From Vicugna vicugna (taxonomy: Eukaryota): DNA of 64,000 bases. Shown here one piece after another: positions 1 through 13,389 of the stretch. The notes below the pieces were generated by a model that searched no databases, had not been told where the DNA came from, and was given only the letters and a program-made list of their open reading frames with translations. Numbering within the stretch: position 1 is the first letter of the stretch; every line of letters starts with the position of its first letter. The stretch spans positions 309,622 to 373,621 of the forward strand of contig MU058384.1 in NCBI GenBank assembly GCA_013265495.1, in the 5' to 3' direction. The position numbers and the translations under genes were made by a program.

Positions 1-147
1 TATCAGCATCCTTTCCAGAGTGACTGGAGTAAGCAGAATTCCTTTTTACATTGGACGTGTGAAACAAACAAATTTTGTCCTGTAAAGCACTGAGGTTTGG
101 GGGCTCTTTCTTACTGCAGCATAATTTAGCCCATCCTGATCAAATAT
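1..147 (+). mobile_element. 3' end of MaLR LTR (MLT1 family), cut by window edge
   Basis: AAGCACTGAGGTTTGGGGG...TTACTGCAGCATAATTTAGCCCATCCTGAT resembles the MLT1 LTR terminus. Confidence 0.65.
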
Positions 148-1357
148 TACCAAATTAATTATTCAAGACAAAAGATTCACTGATGTATCTTTTCAATATA
201 TATTCTCTTAGTTTATCTAATGTTTCATATGCAGATTACTTTTTATCAGAAACAGTAAAGATTGAAGGGGAAAATGTGACAAGCAAATTAATAAATTATG
301 AAAACATGTAACTGACAGTTTACTCATCAGAAACTGAGATTCAGCCTTAATTTTAATGCAATGAAAGTGTAATGTAATAGTCCTAGGAAACATACTTGAG
401 TTTAGGCAGCTGATTTTTAAATATATATTTTTTATAAACTGTATATTTTCTACTTTTTCTTGAGTGTAGTAGATACATACTACTCTGTCTTACATGATTC
501 TAGTGATATGTGAGAAAATGCATTCTTCCAACTCTTTTCTTAATTTAGTACTGTTTAGAAAGATGCTCTGTGAAGAAACCAACTTAAAAAGAAATTGAGT
601 ATGTGTTGTATTTTTATGATGTATATATTTACTTTTGTCCTGTATCTTATGATGAGGAAGTATTTTGTTCATAGAAAGATTTGGTTAATTAAAAAGCCAC
701 ACTCAGTATAATACAGTATGAAAATACTTACTAGTTCTTCCTTTAAACATTACAAATCAGAGTGCTCTGAGTGATCCAGTTATAATGATCACTACATACT
801 GCTGCAAGTTCCTCTGTAATATTGTCATATCTGTAGGACCTGTCTACCAGCCATGCCAGCTATGCGCCACAAGTAAAAACATTTAGAAATATTTTCTTAT
901 ATATTACTTCCCAGCACTGATGGATGAAATAGCTAAGCATAATTAATGTAGCACTTTAAGAATATTTTAATTTATTAGTTCCGTCATCTTTCATTTTGTT
1001 AAAAGAAATTTGGAAGAATTATTTTAGAACAAAAGAAGGACAGATAAATTCTGGCATAAGAAATTAAACAGGTGTTACCTTTGAGATCCTTTAAAAAAAT
1101 AGTGGCAGAAGGTTTGTTAACACCTCGAGGAAAATACTATTAACCACAGTCACAAGTCTGTTAAGTTCTAGTCTCAACTTATAGAAATTAAAATTAAAAG
1201 AATGAAAGTAAAATTATGATAGTTGAAAAGCGGCCAATTACTGTGCTTATTCACGAGGCCAAGTAATATTAAAACACAAAGGTGGTTGGAAATATGTTCT
1301 TGGAAAGAACATATATTTCGGGTTGAATTTATGTATTTATACAAACGCATAGCCATT

Positions 1358-1895
1358 TATTTACTATTTATTTTTTAAAAATTTATTGAAGTATTTTTGA
1401 TTCATAATGTGTTAGCTTCTGGTGTACAGCAAAGTGATTCAGTTATACGTATGTGTGTATATATGTACTCTTTTTAATTTTCTCTTCCATTGTAGTTTAC
1501 TACAGGATACTGAATGTACTTCCCTGTGCTATACAGTAGGACCTTGTTGTTTATCTATTTTATATATAGTAGTTTGTATCGTATGGTATTTGTCTTTCTC
1601 TTTCTGATTTACTTCACTTGGTACGATTATCCTTAGGTCCATCCATGTTGCTGCAAATGGCATTATTTCATTCTTTTTTTATGGCTAAGTTATATATGTG
1701 TGTATAAATATATACCACAACTTGTTTATCCATTCATCTGTCGACGGACATTTAGGTTGCTTCCATGTCTTGACTATTGTAAATAGTGCTGCTATGAACA
1801 TTGGAATTCATGTATCTTTTTGAATTATAGTGTTCTCTGGATATATGTCTGGGGTGGAATTGCTCGATCATATGGAAACTCTATTTTTAGTTTTT
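1358..1895 (-). mobile_element. 5'-truncated artiodactyl-type L1 3' end with internal deletion
   Basis: T-rich tail then TTTATTGAAGTA...GGTGTACAGCAAAGTGATTCAG...CCCTGTGCTATACAGTAGG, followed by ORF2 C-terminal sequence; candidate TSD CATAGCCATT (1348-1357) / CATAGCTATT (1896-1905). Confidence 0.9.
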
Positions 1896-2622
1896 CATAG
1901 CTATTATGTAGATATATGTGTATATAATATATATAATGGTTACCCTCTTTCCTAGTGTTTGACCTCTGTATTACCAAAGAGAAAGCTCATGTAATGGCAA
2001 GGAGATAAACTGTAATTCAGATAGTACCAATCTGTAGGAGGGAAGTAAAGGAAGGGCCAAAGCTATAAAAATTTAGAAGCTTAAGTAATTGTTATTAAGC
2101 CTGCAAGTGCTCTCCTTCAAAAATTGTTTTCCCTAAGATTTTTAAAAATCTTTTGTTAGATTTTATTTAAGTACCTCTGAAAATGTCAACTCTGCTCATT
2201 CTTTTTTTTAAATCCCACCTGTTTTGCAAAATTAATTGCATACTTCATTCCCTGCTAGAAGCAGAGCAGATACAGTTTAAGACAAATGAATTTTAGATTT
2301 ATTAAAATATTGCAATTTAGTATATTGTAAAGATGACTTTTCAAATCAATGATGAAAAGAATTTTTATTCAACAAGTGGTTTTCCAAGAACTGAATCGTC
2401 AACCAGGAAAAAATGACTTTTTTCCCTGTTAGCTAGAGTAAGGCACAAAACCCAAAACCCTTTTAAAAAATATAACACACATGTGAAAGTTCACTTATGT
2501 ACACACTGAGACAGGGATATGGATTTTCAGAGTAGCATTGAGCTAAAAAGGAAATAATTAAAAGATCCCACGTCCATGAATAAGGAAATGGTAAGCAAAG
2601 GCTAAATAAACAATTACAAGGT

Positions 2623-2645
2623 TTATATATATATATTTATGACTC

Positions 2646-2679
<34 letters not shown>

Positions 2680-2688
2680 CTATATATA
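2623..2688. repeat. compound (TA)n/(TG)n microsatellite
   Basis: Directly visible dinucleotide runs. Confidence 0.95.
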
Positions 2689-2744
2689 GTGATATACTGA
2701 ATTCTTCAACACATGTTAAGTGAAAAAGTATTGTTCCAAGTAGT

Positions 2745-4240
2745 GCTTTATTTTTGTAAACTTTTTACAGTAGCTATAGATTTATAGAAGTTAAAAAGAT
2801 AGTACAGAGAATTTAAGTATATTCCACACTCAGTTTCACCTACTGTTAACATCTTATGTTACCTTTGTACATGTCTCACAATTGGTGAACCAACATATTA
2901 TTATTTAAATCCATCCTTTCCTCAGATTTCCTGTTTCTCATTAACGTATTTTTCTGATATTGGCTAGTATACTACATTATATTAAGTCATTATGTCTTTC
3001 TTTATGCTTCTCTGTTGTGAAAATGTATTAGACTTTTCTTGTTTTTATAAACTTGACAGTGTTGAAGTATACTAATCAAATGTTTTGTAGAATGTTCGAG
3101 ATTTTTTTTTTTCTGATGTTTTTCTCTATCCTGTATTGGGCTTACAAATTTAGGGGAAGAAAGCAACACTCTCACCACAAATCAATGGTACTTTCTACCA
3201 GTATGTTTTATCCGTTATGATGTTAAGTTTATCTGGCTAAGGTATAATTGTCAGTTTTCTTCATTGTAAACTTACTGTTTTTCCACCTCTCCGTTCTATA
3301 TTCTTTGGAAGAAAGTCACCGTGCATGGCCAATGCACAAGGAATAGGGAGTAATATTTCACCCTGTTGAGGTAAGAGGAGCTACACAAATTATTTGATAT
3401 TTTTCTATACAGGAGATTTGTCTGTTCTCCCCAGTGATGTGTTTATTCAATCATTTGCTTATAGGTGAACTCAAGGTTACCTATTTTATACGTTGATGTA
3501 TAATCAATAGTATTTTATTTATTTTGTTGCTCAAATTGCTACAGCTTTGGCCATTGAGGGCTGTTCAGTTGACTCCTCTGTGCCTTTCACAAACTCCGTA
3601 ACTGTTGTGTATGTACATATCGTGTGTGTTTAGTGTTCCCTTACTACCTAGAACTGTATGATGCACTGGGCTCATCTTGGATATTCCCTGCTAAGCTTGA
3701 GAATCATCCAGTTCTCCAAAGAGCCCACAATCCTTTGTCAGAGATGGTGTTAGAAACCAAGATCTGGGTGGTAGGTGTTCTTGTTACTACTGTTGTTTCT
3801 TTTAAGACATCTAAACTGACAGAACAAGGAAATATATTTATGTGTAGTAATCCATGTATGTACATATGTATTTGTATTTGTATTATCTATATATGACATT
3901 AAGCATGAGTTCATACTCAAACTACAACTCAAACATTACCACATGGATTAGTCTAGCCTTCTTTCCTTGGTTTACTATCATCTCCTCTAACACTGATATA
4001 TATGGCTCTCACCATCTACTGTCCATTAAATTAATTCTTTGTTTGATTCCATTATACACAAATAATGGTTTAAGAATTGTTAACCTGAGTGTCCATGTGA
4101 CACAACTTTATCAGTAATAATACACAGTAATAATAATGTACTGTTCCTTTTGCGTTTCAATTTGTAGTCTCCACTCATTTCCAAAGTTATTTTGGTCAGT
4201 GTATTTTTCCTTGCCCTCTTCAGTGAGGTTATTTCATGTA
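2745..4240 (-). mobile_element. old L1 3' UTR (L1MC-like)
   Basis: AGATAGTACAGAGA...CAGTTTCACCTACTGTTAACATCTTA...TTTTGTAGAATGTT motifs; similar to the reverse complement of 48310-49635. Confidence 0.8.
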
Positions 4241-4254
4241 TTTTTTTGGTGTGA

Positions 4255-7200
4255 TAATTTGTTTGTTGTTGAAGTATAATTGATTTATAGTATTAGTTTC
4301 AGATGTACAACATAGTGACTTGATATTTTTATAGATTATACTCCATTTAAAGTTATTTTAAAATAGTGTGTATATTCTCTGTATAGTACATTATATCTTT
4401 GTAGGTTACTTATCTTGTACCTAGTGGTTTGTACCTCTTTATCCCCTTTCCCTTTTTGTACCTCCTCTTTCCTCTGGTAACCACAAGTTTGTTCTCTGTA
4501 TCTGTGAGACTGTTCCTGTTTTGTTATATTCATTTGCTTGTTTGATTTTTTAGATTCTACGTACAAATGAAAACATACAGTATTTGTCTTTCTCTTTCTG
4601 ACTTACCTCACTAAGCATAATACCCTACAGTTCCATCTATGTTGTTGCAATGGTAAAATTTCATTTTTTAGGGCAGAGTAATATATTTAATATTTATCCA
4701 TCCATCTGTTGATGGACACTTAGACTTAAGTTGCTTCCATGTTTTGGCTATCGTGAATAGTACAGCTGTGAACGTTGGAGTGCATATATCTCTTTGATTT
4801 GGTATTTTCATTTTCTTTGGATCTATACCTAAGAGTGGAATTGCTGGATTATATAGTAATTCTATTTTTAGTTTTTTGAGGACCCTTCATAATATTTTCT
4901 GTGGTGACTGTAGCAATTTATATACACACAGATAGCATATTAGGATTCCCTTTTCTGTATATCCTTTCCAACATTTTATTATTTGTTGTCTTTTTGATGA
5001 CGGCCATTCTGACATGTGTGATGTGATAGCTCATTGTGGTTTTGATTTGCATTTCCCTTTCAATAAGTGATGCTGAGCATCTTTTCATGTGCCTGTTGGC
5101 CGTATATATGTCTTCTTTGGAAAAAATGTCTATTCAGGTTTTCTCTCCATTATAAAATCAGTTTGTTGTTTTTTAGATATTGAGTTGTATGAGCTGTTTA
5201 TGTATTTTGGATATTAATCTCTTATCAAACATGTAAGTTGCAAATATTTTCTCCCATTCAGTAGGTTGTCTTTTCGCTTTTGTCAATGGTTCCCTTTGCT
5301 GTGCAAAAGCTTTTAAGTTTAATTAGGTACGATTTGTTTATTTTTGCTTTTACTTCCCATGCCTGAGGAAACATATCCAAAAAAAATTGCTAAAATTTAT
5401 GTTAAAGAGTGAACTGCCTATGTTTTCTTCAGGAGTTTCATGTATTCTGGTCTTATCTTTGGGTCTTTAATCCATTTTGAATTTATTTTTGTATATGGTT
5501 TGAGAAAATACTCAAATTTCTTTTTATACATGTATCTGTTCAGTTTTCCCATTACCATGTATTGACGAGAGTATCTTTGTCTCATTGTATATTTTGACTT
5601 GTTTGCTGGAGGTTATTGACTGTAAGTGTGTGGGTTTATTTCTGGGCTTTCAATTCTATTCCATTGATCCATGTACCTGTTTTATTTTCCAGTACCACAC
5701 TGTTTTGCATACTGTAGCTTTGTAATATAGTCTAATAAAGTCAGGTGGTGTGAAACCTCTAGCTTTGTTCTTTTTTCTCAAAAATTGCTTTGGCTATTTG
5801 AAATCTTTTGTGGTTTCATATAAATTTTAGGATTTTTTTTTATTTTTTTAAAAAATGTAATGGGTATTTTGATAGGGATTGCATTAAGTTAGTAGATTGC
5901 GTTGAGAAGTATGGACATTTTAATAATATTAATTCATCCAATTCATAAACCTGGCATATCTTCATTTATTGCTGTCATCTTATATTTCCTTTGTCAGTGT
6001 CTTATTGTTTTCAGAGTGTTAAGTTTTTCACCTTCATGGTTAACTTGGTTCCTAGATATTTTATTCTTTTTTGATGCAATTATAAGTGGGATTGTTTTCT
6101 TATTCTGATAGTTCATTATTGGTGTATAGAAAAGCAACAGATTTCTGTTTATTAATCTAGTATCCTGCAACTTTACTGAATTCGTTTATTAGTTCTAATA
6201 GTTTTTTGGTGGAGACTTTAAGGTTTTCTATATACAGTATCATGTCATCTACACTATGGTGACAGTTTTATGTCTTCCTTTCCAGTTTAGAAGCTTTTTA
6301 TTTCTTTTCCTTCTTTGATTGCTGTGGCTAGGATTTTCAATACTATATTAAATAGAACTGGTGAGAGTGGGCATGATTTTAGAGGAAACTCTTTCAGCTT
6401 TTCACCATTAAGTATGATGCTAGATTGGGTTTGTCATAAATAATCTTTATTATGTTGAGATATGTTTCTTCTATAAAACTTTGTTGAGAGTTATTGTCAT
6501 GAATGGATGTTGAATTTTTCAAATGCTTTTTCTGTGACTATTGAGATGATCATGTGATTTTTAATCTTTGGTTTTGATATTAAAATGGGTGTTAAAGTAT
6601 TGTTGTTGTTATTATGAATTATTGTCAAATTCTCCTTTTATGTCTGTTAATATTTGCTTTAGATTTTGATATTCCTATATTAGGTACATTTATGTTTATT
6701 AATGTTATATCCTCTTCTTGTATGATCTCTTTTAATTCCCTTCATTGACTTTTGTTATAGACTTTGTTTTAAAGTCTACTCTGCCTGATATGATTATTCC
6801 TACCCACAGCTTTCTTTTTGTTTCCATTTGCATTGAATATCTTTTATCATCTCCTCAATTTTGCCTGTCTTAAGCTCTGAAGTAAGTTTCTTGTAAGCAG
6901 CTAAAGATAAGTCTTGTTTTTTCATTCAGTTAGCTATCTTATATCTTTGATTAGAGCATTTAGTCCATTGATAGTTAAAGTGATTATTAATAGGTATGTA
7001 CTTATTGCCATTTTGTTACTTGTTTTCTCTTTGTTCTTAAAATTTTTCTCTGTTCTTTTCTTCCATTTCTCTGTTCCTTGTGGTTTGATGATTTCTTTAG
7101 TGTTGTGTTCCTTTCTCTCTAGGTTTTGTGTATCTGTTGTAGGTTTTTGATCTGTGGCTATGATACAGTTCATATATTTTGATCTATATCTACTTGTTTT

Positions 7201-8275
7201 AAACTGATAGTCATTTAAGTTAAAATACATCCTGAAAGTTGTAGACTTTTTACTGCTCTCCTCCAGGTTTTGTGTTTTTGATGTCATATTTTACTTCTTC
7301 ATGTCACTTATTAACAGGTTTTTTTTTTTAGTTAATAGTTGATTTTACAAATTTTATTATCTATTTGCCTACTACCTTAGGGATTTTTCCTTTCCTGTAA
7401 TTTCTTTTTTCTTATTCTAGCCTTTGTTTTTCATTTTAAAAAGACCCTTCAACACAAATTGTAAAGTCACCTTAGTACTGATGAACTGTTTTAGTTTTTG
7501 TTTGTCCTTTATCTCTCCTTCAATTCTCAATGATAACCTTGCTAGGTAGAGTTTCCTGGGTTGTAGGTTTTTCCCTATGAACACTTTAAATGTATCATGC
7601 CACTCACTTCTGGTCTGCAGTTTCTGAAGAAAAGTCAGCTGATAGTTTTATGTGACGCTTTGCTTTTCTCTTATTGCCCTCAAAATTCTCTCTTTATCAT
7701 AACTCTTGCTATTTTAATTATGATGTCTTCTAGTGTTTCTCTTTGGACTCATCTTGTTTGGGACTCTATGATTCCTATACTTGCGAATCTGTTTCTTTCT
7801 TTAAGTTCAGGAAATTTTCAGTTATAATTTTATCAAAGACACTTTCCACCACTTTCCTTCTCTCTTCACTCTCTGGGCCTCCTATAATGTGAATGTTAAT
7901 ATGCTTGATGTTGTGTCAGAAGTCCCTTAAACTAACTTTATTATTTTTTTTAAATTTGTTTTCGCTTGTTTTGGTTGGATGATTTTTATTGTTCTATCTT
8001 TCAGATTGCTTTTGGGTTCTTCCGTATCACCTAATCTGCTGTTAATTCGTTCTAGTGTATTTTTCATTTCAGTTATTTTATTCTTTAGTTCAAACTAATT
8101 CTGTTTTATATTTTCCCATTCTTTCTTAAAATTTTTGATGTTTTCATCTATTATTTTCCCAAATTCTGTTAGCATTATTATTACTATTGCTTTGAACTCT
8201 TTGTCAGGTAAATTATTCATCTTTGTTTCATTAAGGTTTTTTCAGTTTTGCTTTCTTGTTCCTTCATTTAAAACA
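4255..8275 (-). mobile_element. decayed L1 (ORF1 part, ORF2 with large internal deletion, 3' UTR)
   Basis: 3' UTR at about 4255-4620 and ORF2 C-terminal/RT sequence to about 6565; ORF2 start MAISTYLLIITLTINGLNALIK begins at 7011 on the minus strand; ORF1-like sequence at about 7400-8275; many stops and frameshifts. Confidence 0.92.
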
Positions 8276-8339
8276 AATTGAAATACAAATTAACATTATC
8301 CATATGAAAAGCTGAGGAACCACAGAAGTCTTAAAGAAA

Positions 8340-9180
8340 TGTTTCCAAAAGATGAATTGAAAATAAATGGTTTAAAAACATATACCAGAGTTACTGTAGG
8401 AGAGAGATACTTCATAAAGATAAATAGTACTGCAGTTTTAAATTTATATGTTCTTTATAACTTGACTGGAATTACAATGAAAAAGTTGCCTAAAATAAAA
8501 GTGGAGGTAGACAAATCCATGATAATAATTGGAAATTTTAACATACCTCTTTCAACTAAATGATAGAACCAACTGTCAAAAAATCCTTAGGCTAAAATAT
8601 ACAAAGAACTCTTAAATTCAACAAAAAAATAAACAAAACAACCTAAGTAAAAATGGGCCAGAAACTTTAACAGACACCTGACCAAAGATGATATACAGTT
8701 GGCAAATAATCATATCAAAAGATGATGAATATCATAAGTCATCAGAAATGCAAAATAAAATAACAATGAGATACTACTATACATCTATTATAATGACCAA
8801 AATCTAGAATGCTGACAACACCATATGCTGACAAGGATATGAAACAACAGGAACCATCATATATTTCTCCTGGAAATGCAAAGTGGTACAGCTATTTTGC
8901 GACACAATTTTGCAGTTTCTTGTGAAAGTGAGCTTTCTTATACTATATGATCCAGCAATCACACTTCTTGGAATTAATCCAAAGGAATTGAAAACTTATG
9001 TCCACACAAAAACTTTCAAATGGATGTTTATAGCAGCTTTATTTATAGTTGTCAGTACTTAGAAGAAATCAAGATGTTCTTTTGTAAGTGAATGGATAAA
9101 TAAACTATGGTAAATCTAGACAGTGGAATATTATTCAGCACTATAGGAAGTGGCCTATCAAGCCATGAAAAGACATGGGA
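8340..9180 (+). mobile_element. old L1 fragments (endonuclease remnant plus L1MC-like ORF2 C-terminus)
   Basis: ORF 8339-8563 contains DKSMIIIGNFNIPLS, similar to the L1 endonuclease GDFNTPLS motif; downstream GATCCAGCAATCACACTTCTTGG...AAGCCATGAAAAGACATGG. Confidence 0.8.
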
Positions 9181-9199
9181 ATGAAAAGATATTCCAGGA

Positions 9200-10890
9200 A
9201 ATATATATGGTAAAAGTTGTATAAGATGACCACTCTGAAAATTATGTAGATATTAAAGAGAGATTCTAAAGAACAAAAAATTGATGAATATGCCATGTTT
9301 ACTGACTGCAAGACACAATAATGCAGTGGTATAATTTCTTTCCCAATGAGTCTACATATTTAACACAAAATCCCAGCACTATGTGAATATGTGTGTGTGT
9401 GTGTGTGTTTAAACAGACCAGGTGAACCAAAATTTATAGGAAAATAAAAAGCATAAATATGCAAAGTAATCATGGAGCATTAAAGTTAAACTGGACAACT
9501 TACAGATATCACCATATATTATAAAACTAGACTAATTAAGATAGTCTAGATGAAAGTAACTATAAAATGGATTAGAGAATCCAGAAGCAGACTCAAACAT
9601 ACACAACCCCATATTATTATAACAGCAGTGACAATGCAGTTTATCCTTCTTACATCTTACATGAAAATCAATCCCAGGAAGATAGCTCATGTAAATGTAA
9701 AATGTAAAATATATAAATAAATAAATAACACTTTAAGAAGAAAATACAGATGATTATCTTGATGAATTTCAGGTAGGCAAATGTTTCTTAAATAGGATAC
9801 ACAAGTGTGGACCAAGAAGATAAATAATTGATAAAATGGACTAAATGGACTATATTATACTTGCAACCTTCTGTTCTTCAAAAGACACTATTGAGAGAGC
9901 TAAAGAGCCACCCATGAAGCAAGAGATGATATTCACAATACACACCTCTTATAAAGAACTCTTCATTTGAGTGTATAAATATCTCCTTCAAATTAATAAG
10001 AAAAAGTAACAAAACTTGTCATTAATAATCAGAAAATTGATAAAATAATCAGAAAATTGATAAAATTGATTAAAGGCACCATGCCATACTTACACAGACC
10101 CACCAGAATGGCTAAAATGAAACCAATGGGGGAGGGTATAGCTTAAGTGGTAGAGTGCATGCTCTGCATGCATGAGGTCCTGGGTTCTATCCCCAGTGTC
10201 TCCTTTAAAAATAAATAAACCTAATTACTTCTCCCCCACCACTGTCCAAACAAAAATACTTAAATAATACAATAATAAATAAATAAAATAAAATAAATAA
10301 GATAAAATGAAACAGATGATCTCAAGTTTGATAAGAAAATAAAATGTCAGAGACTGCAGGTGAAAAAGGTTTGTAAAAATGTTTATACAGTTCATAAAAC
10401 CCTTAAACAATATTCAGTAAAGCTGAGCATATGCAAACCTGTGACACGCTCCTGAGTACATCCCAGATGAATGTGACCACACATACCTCAGAACACATGT
10501 ATTAAAATATTTGTTATAGCACTAGTCGTAACGGTTCAAAATGTGGGATAAACAAATGTTCACTCAATAGAATAGCATACAGAAATAAGAATGAATATTT
10601 TACATGTACACAGAACAATATAAATGAATCTCACAAATAAAATATTGAGCAAAGGCACCAGAAACAAAGGATTGTATTCTTTTTGATTGTATGTAAATAT
10701 ACATAAAATATTCAAGCTAGAAAGACAAATTTATATCTTCAAAAGTCAGGATAGTGTTTAGCTTTGTTTGGCGGAGAGGTGAACACTGAATATAAGAATG
10801 TAAACAAATTTGCTAGCATCCCGTTTCTTTTTCTGATTAAACTTAGCCAAGTGTGCTGAGCTATACATTTATGATATATACACTTTCAAT
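9200..10890 (+). mobile_element. ancient L1ME-like ORF2/3' end, interrupted by a SINE
   Basis: Degenerate L1 motifs (CCCACCAGAATGGCTAAAATG, ATGAATCTCACAAA) continue on both sides of the SINE. Confidence 0.7.
10128..10302 (+). mobile_element. tRNA-Ala-derived camelid SINE (vic-1 type)
   Basis: GGGGGAGGGTATAGCTTAAGTGGTAGAGTGCATGC...GAGGTCCTGGGTTCTATCCCCAG head with Pol III A box (about 10139-10150) and B box (10183-10192); A-rich tail; TSD core TAAAATGAAAC at 10113-10123 and 10303-10313. Confidence 0.9.
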
Positions 10891-11299
10891 TTAATAACTT
10901 AGCAAACTAAGTTATTTCTGTCCTGATACAATATATTTTCATTATTGGTTTTTCTCAAATGCTAAGTATATACATTAAATAATTCTGTTAATATTTCTAC
11001 TGTCGATATCTCTCTGTGCAAAGTCTTCTCATACTGTAATATATAGATGGCGGTTGCAGCCTTTGAGAAGAAATTCAGTAATTGGTTCTGGAAATATCAT
11101 GGAGGATAGAATTTATTCCAGAACTATAGCTCATGTTTTTTAAAGAGATAGCAACATCAGAGACAGGCCATCCTCTGCTTAAAATAAGAAGCTTCAATAA
11201 GCGTATTCCAACACACATGACAAAGGAAAAGGCACTTCTCGATTGTACAACTATCATCTTTAGTTATCAATTTAACTGCCTCTACCTACTCTGTCTTAC

Positions 11300-11910
11300 T
11301 TACTTCAGAGCTAATCAGGTTTCCTATCTCGTGTCTCATTATTTCAGTTCATCTTCCCAGAGGATATTTTAAAACAAATGTGTGATCAACTTATCCCCAA
11401 TACTTAAAATTCTTCAAATAGCCTATTTTGCATATGGGCCAAAGTTCACATTCCATAGTCAGTCCTAGAAGTGTCTCCGTGATTGGCCTTCACTTAACAA
11501 TAGAGCCTGTCTCTGGTCTTATTCATCTCTCATGTTCAAGTTCTATGACCCTGGCATAAGACTTGCTAACATTTATAGGAATCATGTGTTCAGTATTTTT
11601 TCAGTTTTATTGAGAAGTAATTGGTAATAAGTTTATGCCTTCTAACATGAGAACTGCTTTTTCTGGAATGATCATTTATCCACTTGTGAATAATCATTTG
11701 TGATGTCTCAGCTCAAAGCTCATCTTCCAGGTCTTGTTTTGTAATACTATACGTTATGGGTAATATTGCTACACTTATAACTATTTACTGCACTAATTAT
11801 AATGTTTAACATTTTAGTATTTCTCAAATTCCAGACTATATAAGCTTCTTGAGTACAATGGGACATTTCCTGTACTTTTATCCTGAGTTTCCAGCTCCAT
11901 GTCTGGTCTA
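11300..11910 (+). mobile_element. L2 LINE 3' fragment
   Basis: CAGCTCAAAGCTCATCTTCC and CCAGACTATATAAGCTTCTTGAG...TATCCTGAGTTTCCAGC resemble the L2 3' end. Confidence 0.6.
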
Positions 11911-11934
11911 TGGGAGGAGAAATGAGACTCGCAT

Positions 11935-12245
11935 GAATTAGGTTACATTTGGCTGTGAGGAAAGTAGAACTGAAAGTTGTAGTATTTCAGCATAGACTTT
12001 TATTTCTTTCTTACATAAAAAAATCTAGGGGTAGGTAATGAGGGTTGTATGACAGATACATAGTGCTGTGTCCCTTGACTTGTCTTACTTCTCTGCTGCA
12101 TGTGACTCCTGTTCACAGAATCACCCCATGATTTAGAAAAGGGGAGAAGCGCTTAAAATTACATTTAAAGGGAACTATCAAGAGTGTCAGAGAACATTTC
12201 CATTAACACTCCACTGGCCACAGTTTTGTCACATGGCCTTACCAT
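11935..12245. mobile_element. old MaLR LTR fragment (MLT1J/K-like)
   Basis: CCACTGGCCACAGTTTTGTCACATGGCC matches the conserved motif of old MLT1 elements. Confidence 0.5.
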
Positions 12246-13389
12246 TTCCAGTAGAGGCTCTGCATACAGTGCTTATCCTGTCTCCTCCCCCATCTTCCAC
12301 ATCCTCTTCTCTTCCTCCTCTTACTGCTAAACTGCCTTCCTTTCTCCTCCCCGGTCCCTCCTCCTGCCGTCTCCACCCCCTTTTTAATTTCTCTAGACCA
12401 CACTCCTTCAGTCTGCAGCACCATATTGTCCTGGAAATCTTCCTTGAGTGCGTGGCATAAGTGATGCAGACCAACAAGACAGATGTCTGAGCATATTGAA
12501 TTAAGAAGATGAATATTCACATTAAATGGTACATGTAAACAAATTTTATACTGGTAGATATATTATGATTTATGATTTATACAGGCATATATATTATTCT
12601 ATAGAGTCAATTACCACTCAGAATTCAATTATGTGATCTCTGTTCTGTCACAACCCTGTGAATACATATGTGTATATAAATTCCTATGTTGATTCATTTA
12701 ACCCATATATTATTTTTTACCATACAGTAATTTAGTGAAATTATAAAAAGGTTTATATTTAATGTTTAGTTCTCTATACGTATAATCCTTAACTGGGTGA
12801 TTTATTTTTGATTCACCATAGCCAGATATATTTCTTAACTGAATATATGGCCAAGGTGGAGAATTATTCCTTTTGTAATATTACTATTTCTAATGGCAAT
12901 TTGAAGATAGTGAATTTGACAGACTTGGGCAGATTTGCCCACAGTCAAAAAGATACAGCCAAAGTATCTGTTGCCATGGTATTTCACTGTAGGGTACCCT
13001 GATACACTGTCTATTTTATTATTCTTGTGGAAGCAAAGTTACTTTTTAAGAAATGAAAAACATTCTGAAGAATCTTGTCTTTGAAAGAAAATAAAAAATA
13101 AGCATAAGAACTTGAATACATTTCTTAAATAGAGTTTTGAAAAGACCCCCTTGATGATACGTTACAAATACACACACATCTAGGAAATAAAAATGACATC
13201 TGTTTAGGTGATTTTATTTTACTTTAAATAGTATTCTATCTTTTTTAGAAATTGAAATTGCCTTAAACTATGCACATACATGAAATCTTGATATTAAACA
13301 TCCAGTTATATATTACAGGCTGGGACTTAATGAAAAATTTAAACTTTGTAATGAATACATATATATATATATACACTCATATAAGTACA

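Noticed and set aside
10128..10205. tRNA-Ala gene
   Set aside because: It has a SINE-type 5' extension, a mutated B box, an A-rich tail and a TSD, so it is a tRNA-derived SINE.
12229..12520. Three overlapping ORFs
   Set aside because: They result from a stop-poor C/T low-complexity tract.
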